From the IMG/VR virus record IMGVR_UViG_3300018050_001813, positions 1-64,000 of that record: DNA of 64,000 nucleotides, one strand, 5' to 3'. This DNA is from an uncultured virus (IMG/VR IMGVR_UViG_3300018050_001813). Taxonomy: Duplodnaviria > Heunggongvirae > Uroviricota > Caudoviricetes. The position numbers and the translations under genes were made by a program. Of the stretch, positions 9,099 to 20,100 are shown piece by piece. The notes below the pieces were generated by a model, which made no database searches, was not told where the DNA came from, and saw nothing but the letters and a program-made list of their open reading frames with translations. Within the stretch, counting starts at the first letter, position 1. Every line of letters starts with the position of its first letter.

Positions 9099-10469
9099 AT
9101 GAATAGTTTAGTTATATTTGATTTAGATGGAGTACTTCTCGACAGTAGAGAAGTCCACTATCACGCACTAAATAATGCTCTTGCTTTTTTTGGTGAAGAA
9201 TATTTGATATCAAGAGAAGAGCATCTAAGTATATATGATGGCCTTCCTACCACCAAAAAGCTTGATACTCTATCTCAAGTAAAAGGTCTTCCATCTAATT
9301 TGCATAACTCTGTTTGGCAAAAGAAACAAGAAGAAACATTATCAATTTTTGACAACCTTAATCAAGATGATGAATTAATTTATTTCTTTAAAAAAATCAA
9401 AGAAAATAATATAAAAATAGCAGTTGCTTCTAATAGCGTGAGAGACACAGTCAAACTAGTTCTTCTTAGACTTGGTTTAATGAAATATGTTGACTACTTT
9501 GTCAGTAATGATGATGTCAAAAGAACAAAGCCATTTCCAGAAATGTATTGGCGATGTATGATAGCGTGTAATTCAGTGCCTAAAAAATGCGTTATAATTG
9601 AAGATAGCCACATAGGAAGACAGGGGGCCCTGGATAGCGGATCAATCTTAGTCCCTGTAGAAAACAGAGAAGATTTAAATATTAAAAAAATTGATAAAAT
9701 TATTGATATTCTTTCTAAAAAAGAAGAAAAAAACATACCTTGGAGATCAGAAAAAATGAATGTACTTATACCTATGGCTGGAGCAGGAAGCAGATTCGAA
9801 GCTGCTGGATATACATTTCCTAAGCCTTTAATAGAGGTAAACGGAAAGCCCATGATCCAGGTTGTTGTAGAGAACTTAAATATTGAAGCGAATTATATTT
9901 TTATAGTTCAAAAAGAACATTATGAAAAATACAATTTACAATATTTACTTAATCTAATAGCACCAAACTGTAAAATAGTCCAAGTTGAATCCTTAACGCA
10001 GGGCGCAGCGTGCACGACGCTCTTGGCTAAAGAGTTTATTGATAATGACAGTCCTTTAGTCATGGCCAATTCAGATCAATTTGTGGAATGGAATAGTAAC
10101 GAAGCACTTTACGCCTTCAGCGCGGATGGAATTGATGGTGGAATATTGACTTTTGAAGCTACTCATCCAAAATGGTCGTATGCAAAACTAGGAGATGATG
10201 GATTTGTATCAGAAGTTGCAGAGAAAAAACCAATTAGCAATTTAGCTACTGTTGGTATCTACTTTTGGAACAAGGGGTCGGATTATGTAAAATACGCAGA
10301 ACAAATGATAGATAAAGACATTAGGACAAACGGAGAATTCTACGTATGTCCAGTATTTAATGAAGCTATATCTGATGGAAAAAAAATTAGAGTAAAAAAT
10401 ATAGAAAAGATGTGGGGTATTGGAACTCCTGAAGATCTAAATTATTTCTTGGAGAACTACAAAAAATGA
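9099..10469 (+). CDS. HAD phosphatase fused to sugar-phosphate nucleotidyltransferase
   Basis: N-terminal FDLDGVL, KPFP, IEDS; C-terminal IPMAGAGSRF...PKPLI...GIGTPEDL. Confidence 0.88.
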   Translation: MNSLVIFDLDGVLLDSREVHYHALNNALAFFGEEYLISREEHLSIYDGLPTTKKLDTLSQVKGLPSNLHNSVWQKKQEETLSIFDNLNQDDELIYFFKKIKENNIKIAVASNSVRDTVKLVLLRLGLMKYVDYFVSNDDVKRTKPFPEMYWRCMIACNSVPKKCVIIEDSHIGRQGALDSGSILVPVENREDLNIKKIDKIIDILSKKEEKNIPWRSEKMNVLIPMAGAGSRFEAAGYTFPKPLIEVNGKPMIQVVVENLNIEANYIFIVQKEHYEKYNLQYLLNLIAPNCKIVQVESLTQGAACTTLLAKEFIDNDSPLVMANSDQFVEWNSNEALYAFSADGIDGGILTFEATHPKWSYAKLGDDGFVSEVAEKKPISNLATVGIYFWNKGSDYVKYAEQMIDKDIRTNGEFYVCPVFNEAISDGKKIRVKNIEKMWGIGTPEDLNYFLENYKK

Positions 10470-10906
10470 AATTAATTGCACATAGAGGAAATTATGTTGG
10501 TATCAATAGACATTTGGAGAATAACCCCGAATACATTAGGGAGGCTATAGGAAATGGCTACGATGTAGAGATAGATATTAGATTAGTTAATGAAACTTGG
10601 TACCTAGGTCATGATGAACCGCAATACGAGATTGATATAACCGATTATTTAGACGAAAGATACTGGCTCCACTGCAAAAATTCCGAAGCTTTTGAATCTT
10701 TATTCAACAAATATAACGTTGGTAATTTTTTTTGGCATCAGGAAGATAATTACACAATGACATCGTCAGGTTTAATATGGGCTTATCCTGGCGTTAAAAG
10801 ATTGGATAACAGCGTTGTCTTATTCCCTAAATCTGCAGAAGATGTAATAAATGTATATGGCGTATGCGACAACGACTTTTCAAAGATAAAAACATGGATC
10901 TTGTAA
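10466..10906 (+). CDS. Glycerophosphodiester phosphodiesterase-like protein
   Basis: LIAHRGN...EN...DVEIDI...LGHD...WLHCKN. Confidence 0.75.
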   Translation: MKLIAHRGNYVGINRHLENNPEYIREAIGNGYDVEIDIRLVNETWYLGHDEPQYEIDITDYLDERYWLHCKNSEAFESLFNKYNVGNFFWHQEDNYTMTSSGLIWAYPGVKRLDNSVVLFPKSAEDVINVYGVCDNDFSKIKTWIL

Positions 10907-11529
10907 TTATTGGAGCTGGTGGACATTCTAAAGATTTAGAATACTTAGCTTATTCTGATAAGTATAATGATTGGAATATCATAGGATATTTAGATGACAA
11001 TCTATCCTTAAATAATAACAATATAATCGGCAATATATCTATTGTTAATTCCTTATTAGAAAAATATCCTAACTTAAAATATACTATAGCAATTAATTCT
11101 TCTAAGATAAGAAAAAATGTAGAATCAAATATACAAAGAATAGATCGAGCAGCAAACCTTATCCATGAAACAGCTGTAATCGGAACCCATTGTCAGTATG
11201 GTAACGGGCTAACCATGGGTCCATATTCAGTACTGACAACCAAAGTTACGCTTGGTATACACGTGCACATAAATACAGCAGCATCTATAAATCAATCTAG
11301 TTCGATAGGAGATTTCTGTACCGTCAGTCCTGGAGCTAGAATATGTGGAGACGTTAATGTTGGCGCACAAACTTCCATAGGAGCAGGTAGTGTTATTATC
11401 AACTTCAAAAATGTAGGTAGCAACTGTACACTGGGTGCTGGAACCGTGGTAATAGATAATATAAGCGATCACACAACTGTAGTCGGAGTGCCCGGTAGGG
11501 AAATAAAGAAGTTTGGCGAATATATTTAA
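10894..11529 (+). CDS. NeuD/PglD-family sugar acetyltransferase
   Basis: IIGAGGH, GYLDD, hexapeptide repeats, VVGVPGR; likely start ATG 10894. Confidence 0.85.
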   Translation: MDLVIIGAGGHSKDLEYLAYSDKYNDWNIIGYLDDNLSLNNNNIIGNISIVNSLLEKYPNLKYTIAINSSKIRKNVESNIQRIDRAANLIHETAVIGTHCQYGNGLTMGPYSVLTTKVTLGIHVHINTAASINQSSSIGDFCTVSPGARICGDVNVGAQTSIGAGSVIINFKNVGSNCTLGAGTVVIDNISDHTTVVGVPGREIKKFGEYI

Positions 11530-11578
11530 GCTAGATTAGTTACTATATTGTTGTTAAATATTATGTAAGGAGTAAGTC

Positions 11579-11782
11579 ATGGCCGGAAAAAAGCCCGCAA
11601 AGAAAAATGTATCCAATACACCCGTAGCTACTCTAAAGGTAGAGCAACCAGGTAAGCCAGTATTATATGTTGGATTAAAAGGTGTTTCCTTTACTTGTCC
11701 AACATGTAGTCGTCAACTCCAGCGAGGTATGGTTTACGAGCATAATAATCAAAAATTTTGTTCAAGAAATTGTATCAAGTAA
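11579..11782 (+). CDS. Small Zn-finger protein
   Basis: CPTC...FCSRNC; AAGGAG RBS. Confidence 0.65.
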   Translation: MAGKKPAKKNVSNTPVATLKVEQPGKPVLYVGLKGVSFTCPTCSRQLQRGMVYEHNNQKFCSRNCIK

Positions 11783-11791
11783 TATACAGCA

Positions 11792-12961
11792 ATGTTTTTC
11801 CCTGCGCAAGAGTTTGAGCCAGAGTATGTACCAAAAGTTGGACTAACGCCATTTGAAGTTTCAAAAACAGTTTCCCATAAAGGTACTCCAATATTTCAAT
11901 TGACAGATACAGCCGATATGGCTAGTGATGATTTATTGAAATATCTTTCAGGATTAGATCCAAGAATTCTTGAGAATATGCCACAAGAAGTAATGGATGA
12001 GATTAATTCTGGGAATATAAGCCATATTTTTCAAACTGATCCATCTACATCCCAAAAATATTTAGACATGACTCCTTCTGAGCAAAAAGCTCTTGAAGGC
12101 AAAGGGTCCATATACCTCAGAACAAAAGAGGGAAGAACAGCTAGATTTAAGCTTCCAGAAATATCTGACGGAGATGCTGGATGGAATGCCAATAAGGGTA
12201 ATTCCATTTTTATGGATCAAACAATTTATGATACTACAGAAAATACAAGAAGCTTATCTGCAGCTGAAGCGCTTAAAAAAAATGTTCAAAGAGGAGAAAG
12301 GGCTGCAGAAACTGTAGATGAAAAAATATTAAGATCTAATGTGGTCGAAGAGATTTTATCTGGTTCAAAAACTTTAACTGGCGCTGGCTCAGGAGTTGCC
12401 GTCCCTACCGCTACAGTGACTACTGGTCCAACCCCAGGAGCTGTTCCTTCGGGTCCTACGGTAACAACTGGACCTACACCCGGAGCAGTTCCTCCAACAC
12501 CTACGGTAACAACTGGGCCTACGCCCGGAGCAGTTCCTCCAACACCTACAGTAACAACTGGGCCAACTCTACCTAAGAAACCAATTGGCAGACCTGTTAT
12601 ATCAGCTAATACTACTGCTCCAACACCAACTGCTGCTGGAGCTCAGCAAACAGCACAAGCTACAACTCAATCAGGAAATGCAACCCCACCACCAAAGGCT
12701 ACAATACACTCCAATGCCCCAACGCCACCAAGGCCGTCTAGTGGTGCACCGGCAAAAGCACCTGGGAAAATGAGAGCATTAGCTGATGATGTTTCAGCAG
12801 CGGTGACCAAAGGTCCAAACGGTGCCAGAAATTTAAAGATGCTTGGCATAGCTGGTGCTCTTGGTGTAGCTGGTTTTGGTTTATCTCGTGGCACTCGTTC
12901 TGTCCAAGATGAAAATGAAACAAATCAAAGATTAGAAATGCAGCGCAGAGGAATTATATAG
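11792..12961 (+). CDS. Hypothetical protein with Pro/Thr-rich repeats and C-terminal hydrophobic segment
   Basis: TVTTGPTPGAVP repeats; LGIAGALGVAGFGL. Confidence 0.7.
   Translation: MFFPAQEFEPEYVPKVGLTPFEVSKTVSHKGTPIFQLTDTADMASDDLLKYLSGLDPRILENMPQEVMDEINSGNISHIFQTDPSTSQKYLDMTPSEQKALEGKGSIYLRTKEGRTARFKLPEISDGDAGWNANKGNSIFMDQTIYDTTENTRSLSAAEALKKNVQRGERAAETVDEKILRSNVVEEILSGSKTLTGAGSGVAVPTATVTTGPTPGAVPSGPTVTTGPTPGAVPPTPTVTTGPTPGAVPPTPTVTTGPTLPKKPIGRPVISANTTAPTPTAAGAQQTAQATTQSGNATPPPKATIHSNAPTPPRPSSGAPAKAPGKMRALADDVSAAVTKGPNGARNLKMLGIAGALGVAGFGLSRGTRSVQDENETNQRLEMQRRGII
12412..12570 (+). repeat. ~45-bp coding tandem repeat (TVTTGPTPGAVPP) x ~3.5
   Basis: cctacggtaacaactgg(a/g)cctac(a/g)cccggagcagttcctccaaca units seen directly; ends approximate. 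Confidence 0.8.
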
Positions 12962-13008
12962 TATAATATCGTTACTATACGTATTAAATCTAAATAGGAG
13001 AATATCAT

Positions 13009-13332
13009 ATGTCAATTTATTGGTTAGCTGAATTTTTAGAAAAAATGGAAAGCAAACTTCCACCCGCTGAAGAAGAATATGTTCAAGCCATGATAGGTAT
13101 TGTATCTAGATACGGTAAGCTCGCCAATGGCGATGGTAATGGCATATGGGTTGGATATGTTCCAGGCACCGAAAATGACAACCTAACTATAGGTGTCAAA
13201 TGTGGTAATTGCGCACTTTATGAAGGTAATGGTGTTTGCAAGATTGTAGCTCAAACAGTCGAAGATAATGGTTACTGCAGACTTGCTGCTATTCCAGATG
13301 GCGTAGTAAAAGGTGGCACAAGAGATGAGTAA
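13009..13332 (+). CDS. HiPIP-like 4-Cys protein
   Basis: Y...CGNCALY...CKIV...VEDNGYC matches the high-potential iron-sulfur protein pattern. Confidence 0.6.
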   Translation: MSIYWLAEFLEKMESKLPPAEEEYVQAMIGIVSRYGKLANGDGNGIWVGYVPGTENDNLTIGVKCGNCALYEGNGVCKIVAQTVEDNGYCRLAAIPDGVVKGGTRDE

Positions 13333-13696
13333 TTATTGGTTATCAGAATATTCTAATGGCGATGATGAGGAAATGCCAGAAGACGAGATGCCCGAGGAAG
13401 AACCTGAGGATGAAGAGGATCCAGATGACCCTGAGGAAAAATTAAATCCTCGTCAAAAATTGATGTACGACCAATACGAACAATTGGTTGAAATGTTTGG
13501 AAAGTTTGATCAAACTTCAAAGGCAAACGGTGCACATTATGCTCCAGCCAAAGCTAATCCTTTTATTAAGCAGGGGATGATTTGTTCTAACTGCGTATTT
13601 TTTATGGGTGGTCAGGGATGTGAAATAGTAGCTGGCAAGGTTGAAGCTAACGCAATTTGCAAACTGTGGATTATTCCAGAAGATTTGATTAAATAA
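13325..13696 (+). CDS. HiPIP-like 4-Cys protein with acidic N-terminus (paralog of the upstream gene)
   Basis: HY...CSNCVFF...CEIVAGKVEANAICKLW; both paralogs start with a YWL motif; likely start ATG 13325. Confidence 0.6.
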   Translation: MSNYWLSEYSNGDDEEMPEDEMPEEEPEDEEDPDDPEEKLNPRQKLMYDQYEQLVEMFGKFDQTSKANGAHYAPAKANPFIKQGMICSNCVFFMGGQGCEIVAGKVEANAICKLWIIPEDLIK

Positions 13697-13885
13697 TCAA
13701 TCAGAATCTTCTGATTCCTTTTTAATCACAGCTCCAAGAAGAACAACAGCTAACGTAATAGCGCTGATCTTAATTCCCCAACTCTGTATATCGCCAGACA
13801 AAGTTATAAGAACCAATATAGTTCCAGCTATTGTCCAAGCCTGTTCGTAAAGTGCAGCTATTAATTTAGTCATAAATTTTTTCAT
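13697..13885 (-). CDS. Small two-TM membrane protein
   Basis: Two hydrophobic segments; GGGAG RBS. Confidence 0.6.
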   Translation of the reverse strand: MKKFMTKLIAALYEQAWTIAGTILVLITLSGDIQSWGIKISAITLAVVLLGAVIKKESEDSD

Positions 13886-13903
13886 TATTATATCTCCCTG
13901 TTA

Positions 13904-16135
13904 TTATCTTCTTCTTGGAGCTCCAGCTACTGGAGCAACGGCTATAACTGCACCAGCAGCTATGACCGCTCTTCTTTGTCCTACATTTATGCTGGAACCC
14001 AGAGGCACATAAGTATTTAAGCTTCCGGAACCAAATATATTTATTTCTTCTTCAAATGAAGAACGCACTTCTTCTGGAGCATCTTGCACCGCAGCAATAA
14101 TTTCCAAAGCTTGCTCTTCTGTTATTTCATCTATTGGAATTTCAGCAAAGATCTCAGCTGCTTGATCTCCGTCGATAGAAGATAGTACCTCTTCACTTGT
14201 AGCAATCTCAGTTGCTTGATCCTCTGTTATTCCATTTTCAATAATTGCATCGACTGCTTCTTGGACTTGCTCATCAGTGACTGTATCACTACTTAAGACA
14301 TCAACTAGTTCTTCGAATTGTTCATCACTTAATGGCTGATCTAAGACGGCATCAATGACTGCAGTAAACTCTTCGTCACTCAGTGGTTCTTCAAACACGG
14401 TATCAAGCACTTCAGCAAACGCTTCATCGCTTAGCTCTTCTGCAAACACTTGATCAATAACCTCTGTGAACTGCTCTTCCGATAGGTCACCAGATAATAG
14501 TTCTGTAGCTGCAGCAACTAATTCTTCTTCATTATCAGCTGAAGTTAAAATTTCATCTACGGCATTAGAAAATTCTTCTTCAGTTAAATCTCCAGATAAA
14601 ATCTCATCCACTTGATCAGATATTTCTTCCGGAATTACAGTCTCAGGCTCTGGCTCTGGCTCTATAACTTCTGGCTCAGGGATAATAATTTCTGGCTCTG
14701 TAGTTTCCGGCTCTATAACTTCCGGCTCTATAACTTCTGGTTCTACAACTTCTGGTTCAGTATCAACCACTGGTGGTTCTGTATCTGGAGGAATAACTAC
14801 AGGAGGAATTGTTTCCGGCTCAGTTGTAGTAGTTGTTTCTGGTTCCGGCTCAGTTGTAGTTGTGGGCTCTGGCTCTGGCTCAGTTGTGGTGGTGGTTTCT
14901 GGCTCGGGCTCAGTGGTAGTTGTTGTGGCGGGAGTTGGGTCAAGAACAGTTACATCAACAGTTACTTCAGGTCCATAGGCACAAGGACCCACTCCTTCTG
15001 AGCTAAAACAACTTTGATTTCCCGCTTTAATGCCAAAGCGAACAGGTCCAAATCCAGTAGTTCCAGAAAACATATAATCAGCAAGTGAGTAATTGGTTCC
15101 CTGGTCAGTCCAAACCCCCCAACCATTCAATGTGGTTCCGCCAATTTCGTCAAGGTCGTAGAAACTAACCGAGTAAGCGTAGATATCAACATTGCTTGCT
15201 GTTGGCGCGTCCCAATCTAAGTCCACACTCCCATCCTGGTTAGCTACTGCTGTCAAGTTTTCAACCGCATTAAAGTAGGGAGGAAGAGTAGTTGTTGTAG
15301 TTGTAGGTGTAGGTGTTTCGCCGGAAGTACCAAGAATACGAATGTAATACCCGCACCAACTACTACCCCAGGTATAGGTTGAGACGCCATTTGCAGTGCT
15401 ACCTGCGTAGGACGGGTAGTTGTCTACTAGATATGGTTCAATGATCGCGGTTTCGCCAACGTCAATTAAACCAGCGTGAACGGCAGCTGAAGAAAACGTT
15501 GAGTCATCTGTGTAGGGGTTGGAACCCCAGATCGCGCCACCAGAAGTTCCGGTGACAGTAAAGGCTTGATATGGACCGCAGCCATTATTGCCGGGAGTAA
15601 AAGGCAGTGGTGCCGGAGTGATAGATAAATTTACATTGTCAATGCTTGGACCGTAGTGCCCACTCCAAAAACCTTTGTCCATACCACTAAAGGTTATTGT
15701 AGCGGTTGTTGCACTTTGCGGAATGGTAATGGACAGGCTGAAGTTTTCAAGATCATGAGCAACAGATCTAGTAACTGTGGCTGAGGCGGGAGAAGGGGAA
15801 TTAGAAGATAGCGTTGCTGTCCAGGTGTCTGATATAACACCTTGGCCTACGCTATTTGTCAGGCTATTATCAACAGCAAATGAAAGAGTTACAGTATCCC
15901 CTGGTGTAACAGTGATAGCTTGAAATACTTCGCCGGTCTGATAGGAAAATCGCAAAGCGCCATTAAATAAAACTCCAGAGCCTCCATTTTGAGAGACAGT
16001 CCATCCGGAGGATCCATTAAAATCTCCGTTGACCAATAAGTTACTTGCCTGCGCGCTGGATAGTGGTGCAAAAAAGCCAACAATAGCGATGCTAATTGTG
16101 GAAAACCTAAATAAGTTACTAATAAAATTCCGCAT
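13904..16135 (-). CDS. Large secreted/membrane-anchored protein: carbohydrate-binding-like, LCCL and FN3-like domains, Pro/Glu/Thr stalk, acidic helical repeats
   Basis: Signal peptide from MRNFISN (ATG 16135, GGGAG RBS); NLLVNGDF; IWGSNPYTDDS...AAVHAG (LCCL); LSDEEF repeats; C-terminal hydrophobic segment + RRR. Confidence 0.7.
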   Translation of the reverse strand: MRNFISNLFRFSTISIAIVGFFAPLSSAQASNLLVNGDFNGSSGWTVSQNGGSGVLFNGALRFSYQTGEVFQAITVTPGDTVTLSFAVDNSLTNSVGQGVISDTWTATLSSNSPSPASATVTRSVAHDLENFSLSITIPQSATTATITFSGMDKGFWSGHYGPSIDNVNLSITPAPLPFTPGNNGCGPYQAFTVTGTSGGAIWGSNPYTDDSTFSSAAVHAGLIDVGETAIIEPYLVDNYPSYAGSTANGVSTYTWGSSWCGYYIRILGTSGETPTPTTTTTTLPPYFNAVENLTAVANQDGSVDLDWDAPTASNVDIYAYSVSFYDLDEIGGTTLNGWGVWTDQGTNYSLADYMFSGTTGFGPVRFGIKAGNQSCFSSEGVGPCAYGPEVTVDVTVLDPTPATTTTTEPEPETTTTTEPEPEPTTTTEPEPETTTTTEPETIPPVVIPPDTEPPVVDTEPEVVEPEVIEPEVIEPETTEPEIIIPEPEVIEPEPEPETVIPEEISDQVDEILSGDLTEEEFSNAVDEILTSADNEEELVAAATELLSGDLSEEQFTEVIDQVFAEELSDEAFAEVLDTVFEEPLSDEEFTAVIDAVLDQPLSDEQFEELVDVLSSDTVTDEQVQEAVDAIIENGITEDQATEIATSEEVLSSIDGDQAAEIFAEIPIDEITEEQALEIIAAVQDAPEEVRSSFEEEINIFGSGSLNTYVPLGSSINVGQRRAVIAAGAVIAVAPVAGAPRRR

Positions 16136-16259
16136 GATAAAGACTCCCATCCTCGATAAAATAGTAAGACTAAAGCGGCTAAATAAAAGCATAGATTGTT
16201 GACACACTAGATATTATTGTGATAATATATAAATATATTTTATTGACATTGAGGTTTAA

Positions 16260-17057
16260 ATGATTTCTATTTGTACACCAACTTATAATACTGATTCAAG
16301 TATTCTAGCTAGAACTTGGGCAAGTCTTAAATCTCAGACCTATACCAATTGGGAGTGGGTCGTTTGGGACGACTCTACCAATAATGATACATGGAGTCAA
16401 ATTTATGGTTTAGCATCTGATGAAAGATTTAGATTGATGGCGCATAAATCACATGTGCACTCCGGAAGTATTGGCAGAGTAAAACGCCAGTGTATGATGG
16501 CAGCCGAGGGCGACATTTTAGTTGAATTAGATCATGATGATGAGTTAACACCTGATGCTCTGCAATTAATTGTTGACGCATTTGAGGATCCAGAAGTTGG
16601 TTTTGTTTATTCTGATTGGTGTGAAATTTTACCTGATGGTCAATCAGGAAGATATCCTGATGGTTGGGCTTTTGGCTATGGTTCAGACTACTGGAATGAA
16701 GAACATCAAGTCTGGACAATGCGCGCTCCAGAAGTTAATGCCACTACTATTAGACATATCGTTTCAGCACCTAATCACATTCGTGCATGGCGAGCAAATG
16801 TGTATAGAGAATTAAATGGACATGATCCTCGTTTTACTGTAGCGGATGATTTTGATTTAGTTGTTAGAACTTTTTTAATTAGTAAATTTAAATATATACC
16901 TAAAATGATCTACAAGCAGCACATCGGTCCATCAACAGCTCAGCGCACACGCAACGGCTTAATTCAACATAACGTTGCAGAAATCTCAGCTAAATACGAT
17001 CATCTGATTACTGAACGTTTTGAATATTTAGATTCTTGTTCTGGCGCAAAAGAATAA
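16260..17057 (+). CDS. Glycosyltransferase family 2
   Basis: ISICTPTYN...SLKSQTYTNWEWVVWDDS; ELDHDDEL; DDFDL. Confidence 0.9.
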   Translation: MISICTPTYNTDSSILARTWASLKSQTYTNWEWVVWDDSTNNDTWSQIYGLASDERFRLMAHKSHVHSGSIGRVKRQCMMAAEGDILVELDHDDELTPDALQLIVDAFEDPEVGFVYSDWCEILPDGQSGRYPDGWAFGYGSDYWNEEHQVWTMRAPEVNATTIRHIVSAPNHIRAWRANVYRELNGHDPRFTVADDFDLVVRTFLISKFKYIPKMIYKQHIGPSTAQRTRNGLIQHNVAEISAKYDHLITERFEYLDSCSGAKE

Positions 17058-17111
17058 AAAATGTTACTATTAACATAAGCGCTTATTTTATATTCCTATA
17101 GAGGTTTTTAC

Positions 17112-20100
17112 ATGGCTAATACTATTTTAGTTAAGAATTCTGGTACAATTACGTCCGTACCCAGTTCTATGACTCATGGAGAACTAGCATTAAATTACGC
17201 AGATGGTAAATTATTTTATAAAAACACATCTAATGTAATTGTTGGCGCTAAATTAATTACTGGAATCTCTGGCACTACAGATCAAATTACAGTAACTGAA
17301 ACATCTGGCTCTTTTGCCATTAGCCTTCCTTCGACGGTTAAACTAACTACTCTATTTATTGATAATATAGAAGTAGATACAACTGGTGCAACAAGTGGTC
17401 AATCATTGGTCTATGATGGATCAAAGTTTGCTCCGTCAAGCATAACTGGCCCTCAGGGTGCACAAGGAAGTCAAGGACCTCAAGGAGCGACTGGTAGTCA
17501 AGGGGCAACTGGTCCCCAAGGCGCCCAAGGCGCCCAAGGTGCTACTGGACCAAGCGCAAATATTTCAGCAACAAATACAGTCGTTGCTGGAAAGTTGTCT
17601 GGTGACCAGTCAATTGCAAGCAACACCAATGATGTTCTCATTTCTTTTGTTGATGACTTTGACCCTAACAACTGGTGGGGTGCAACTACTAAACAATTCA
17701 CGCCAACAATTGCGGGATATTACAATGTTTCACTTCATGCATGGTGGACCGCTGCTGGAGTAACAACAAATCAATATAATATTCAGATTAGAAAAAATGG
17801 TAATACTTCTGCAATTTTTCAAAATCAAACAGTAACAGGTGCAGGTCTTTCACAGGGTGGAAGTAGGGTTATTTACCTAAATGGAACTACTGATTATTTA
17901 GATTTTACCGCATATAATGGAGACTCTTCTTCTAGAAGCCTTCAGTGGGGCGGAGCAGGTCAAGGAACATGGTTCTCTGCTGCTTTAATGACTACAGGCG
18001 TTGGTGCAACTGGTTCTCAGGGTCCACAGGGGCCTCAAGGAGACGTTGGCACACAGGGAGCACAGGGAGCACAAGGTGCCACTGGAGCCCAGGGTTCTAT
18101 CGGACCTCAAGGTAATACTGGTCCTCAAGGGGACATCGGACCTCAAGGTTCAACCGGACCTCAAGGGTCCGTTGGTCCACAAGGGGCTACTGGAGCCCAA
18201 GGTGCCACAGGCACCCAAGGCCCCCAAGGAGCTGTAGGGGCACAAGGAGATATTGGCCCCCAAGGGTCTACGGGCCCACAAGGTGCACAAGGCGCAACTG
18301 GATCACAGGGTCCTCAGGGCGCTACCGGCGCCCAAGGGGCAACAGGGCCCCAGGGCGCAACAGGGCCCCAAGGTAGCCAAGGTCCAGTCGGTGGAGATGG
18401 TCCACAGGGTGACGTTGGCCCTCAAGGCGCTACTGGCCCTCAGGGAGCAACAGGGGCTCAGGGTCCACAAGGGGCTACCGGAGCACAAGGTACAACAGGA
18501 GCACAAGGTGCTACAGGGGCCCAAGGAGCTCAAGGCCCTCAGGGAGATATAGGTCCTCAAGGTGCTACTGGTACCCAGGGAGCTACTGGTGCCCAAGGCG
18601 CCACAGGAGCGCAAGGTGACACCGGACCACAGGGTTCGACTGGGCCACAAGGAGATGTGGGCCCCCAAGGTGCAGTTGGCTCACAGGGAGCTCAAGGTGC
18701 AACGGGTCCCCAGGGTGCCACTGGTCCACAAGGCTCGACTGGGCCCCAAGGTGCCACTGGAGCACAAGGAGATACTGGACCCCAAGGTGCAACTGGTTCT
18801 CAAGGTGCAACAGGTCCTCAAGGACCGCAAGGAGCTACTGGCTCTCAAGGCACACAAGGAGCCCAGGGTTCACAAGGGCCACAAGGCCCAGTCGGAAACC
18901 TTAACTCACACGAATCAGTAAAAACCGCTACAAATGCAGCCCTTCCCAACTCTCCTACATACACTGTTGGTACTGCTGATGACAATAATGGAACTGGCGA
19001 TGGCGCGTATCTTCAAGCATCAACATTTGGTGCTCTTGTTGTTGACTCGCGTACTGTTGTTGCCAACGACAGAGTTCTCGTTAAAAATCAAATTAACCAA
19101 ATCCATAACGGTATCTATGTTGTAACAACAGTTGGTGACGGCTCTACATATTGGCGACTAACTCGTACCTCCGACTTTGACAATACCGATGGTACAGAAG
19201 TTCAAAACGGTGACTATGTTTTTGTTTCGCTAGGAACAGCAAATACAGGTACATCTTGGATGATGAACTCACTCGGTACGAATCCAGGCAATTCAATAAT
19301 TATCGGAACAGACGGAATGAACTGGGTTAATGTTGGTGGTGCTGGTCCACAAGGTGCTCAAGGACCGCAAGGTGCTGGTGGAACAATTGCGTACTGGGGT
19401 TCTTTTTGGTCAAATCAAGATCAAACCGCAGTAGCTGCAAATACAGCTTATGCAATAACTTATGATAATTATGATTCTAATAATTTTGGAGTAACACTTT
19501 CTAATAACTCAAGAATTAATTTCGGTTATGCTGGTGTATATTCTTTGACTTTCTCAGTCCAATGGGCAAACAGTAGTAATCAGATTCATGATGCAAATAT
19601 CTGGTTTAAGAAGAATGGTTCTAATATTCCTGACTCAGATAGCCGATGGAGTGTTGTTGAAAGCCATGGTGGAATAGATGGTAGGGCCATAGGTACAGTT
19701 AACTTTGTCTTAAGCCTCAATGCTAATGACTATATTGAGCTGTTTTGGCAAACAACAAATACTAGTATATCACTTGATTATTTTCCAGCAGTTTCTCCAG
19801 CACCAGCAATTCCTTCTATTATATTTACCGCTGTTCAGGTTACCTATACACAACTTGGGCCTCAAGGGCCCCAAGGTGCAACAGGTTCTCAGGGGGCAAC
19901 TGGACCCCAGGGCGCTACAGGTACTCAAGGTGCTACTGGAGCTCAGGGAGCCACAGGTGCCCAAGGAGATACAGGACCGCAAGGTTCAACAGGCGCTCAA
20001 GGTCCAATTGGACCTCAGGGTGACACTGGACCTCAGGGCCCTCAGGGATCTGTTGGCCCTCAAGGAGCCACTGGTCCTCAAGGAGCCACAGGTGCCCAAG

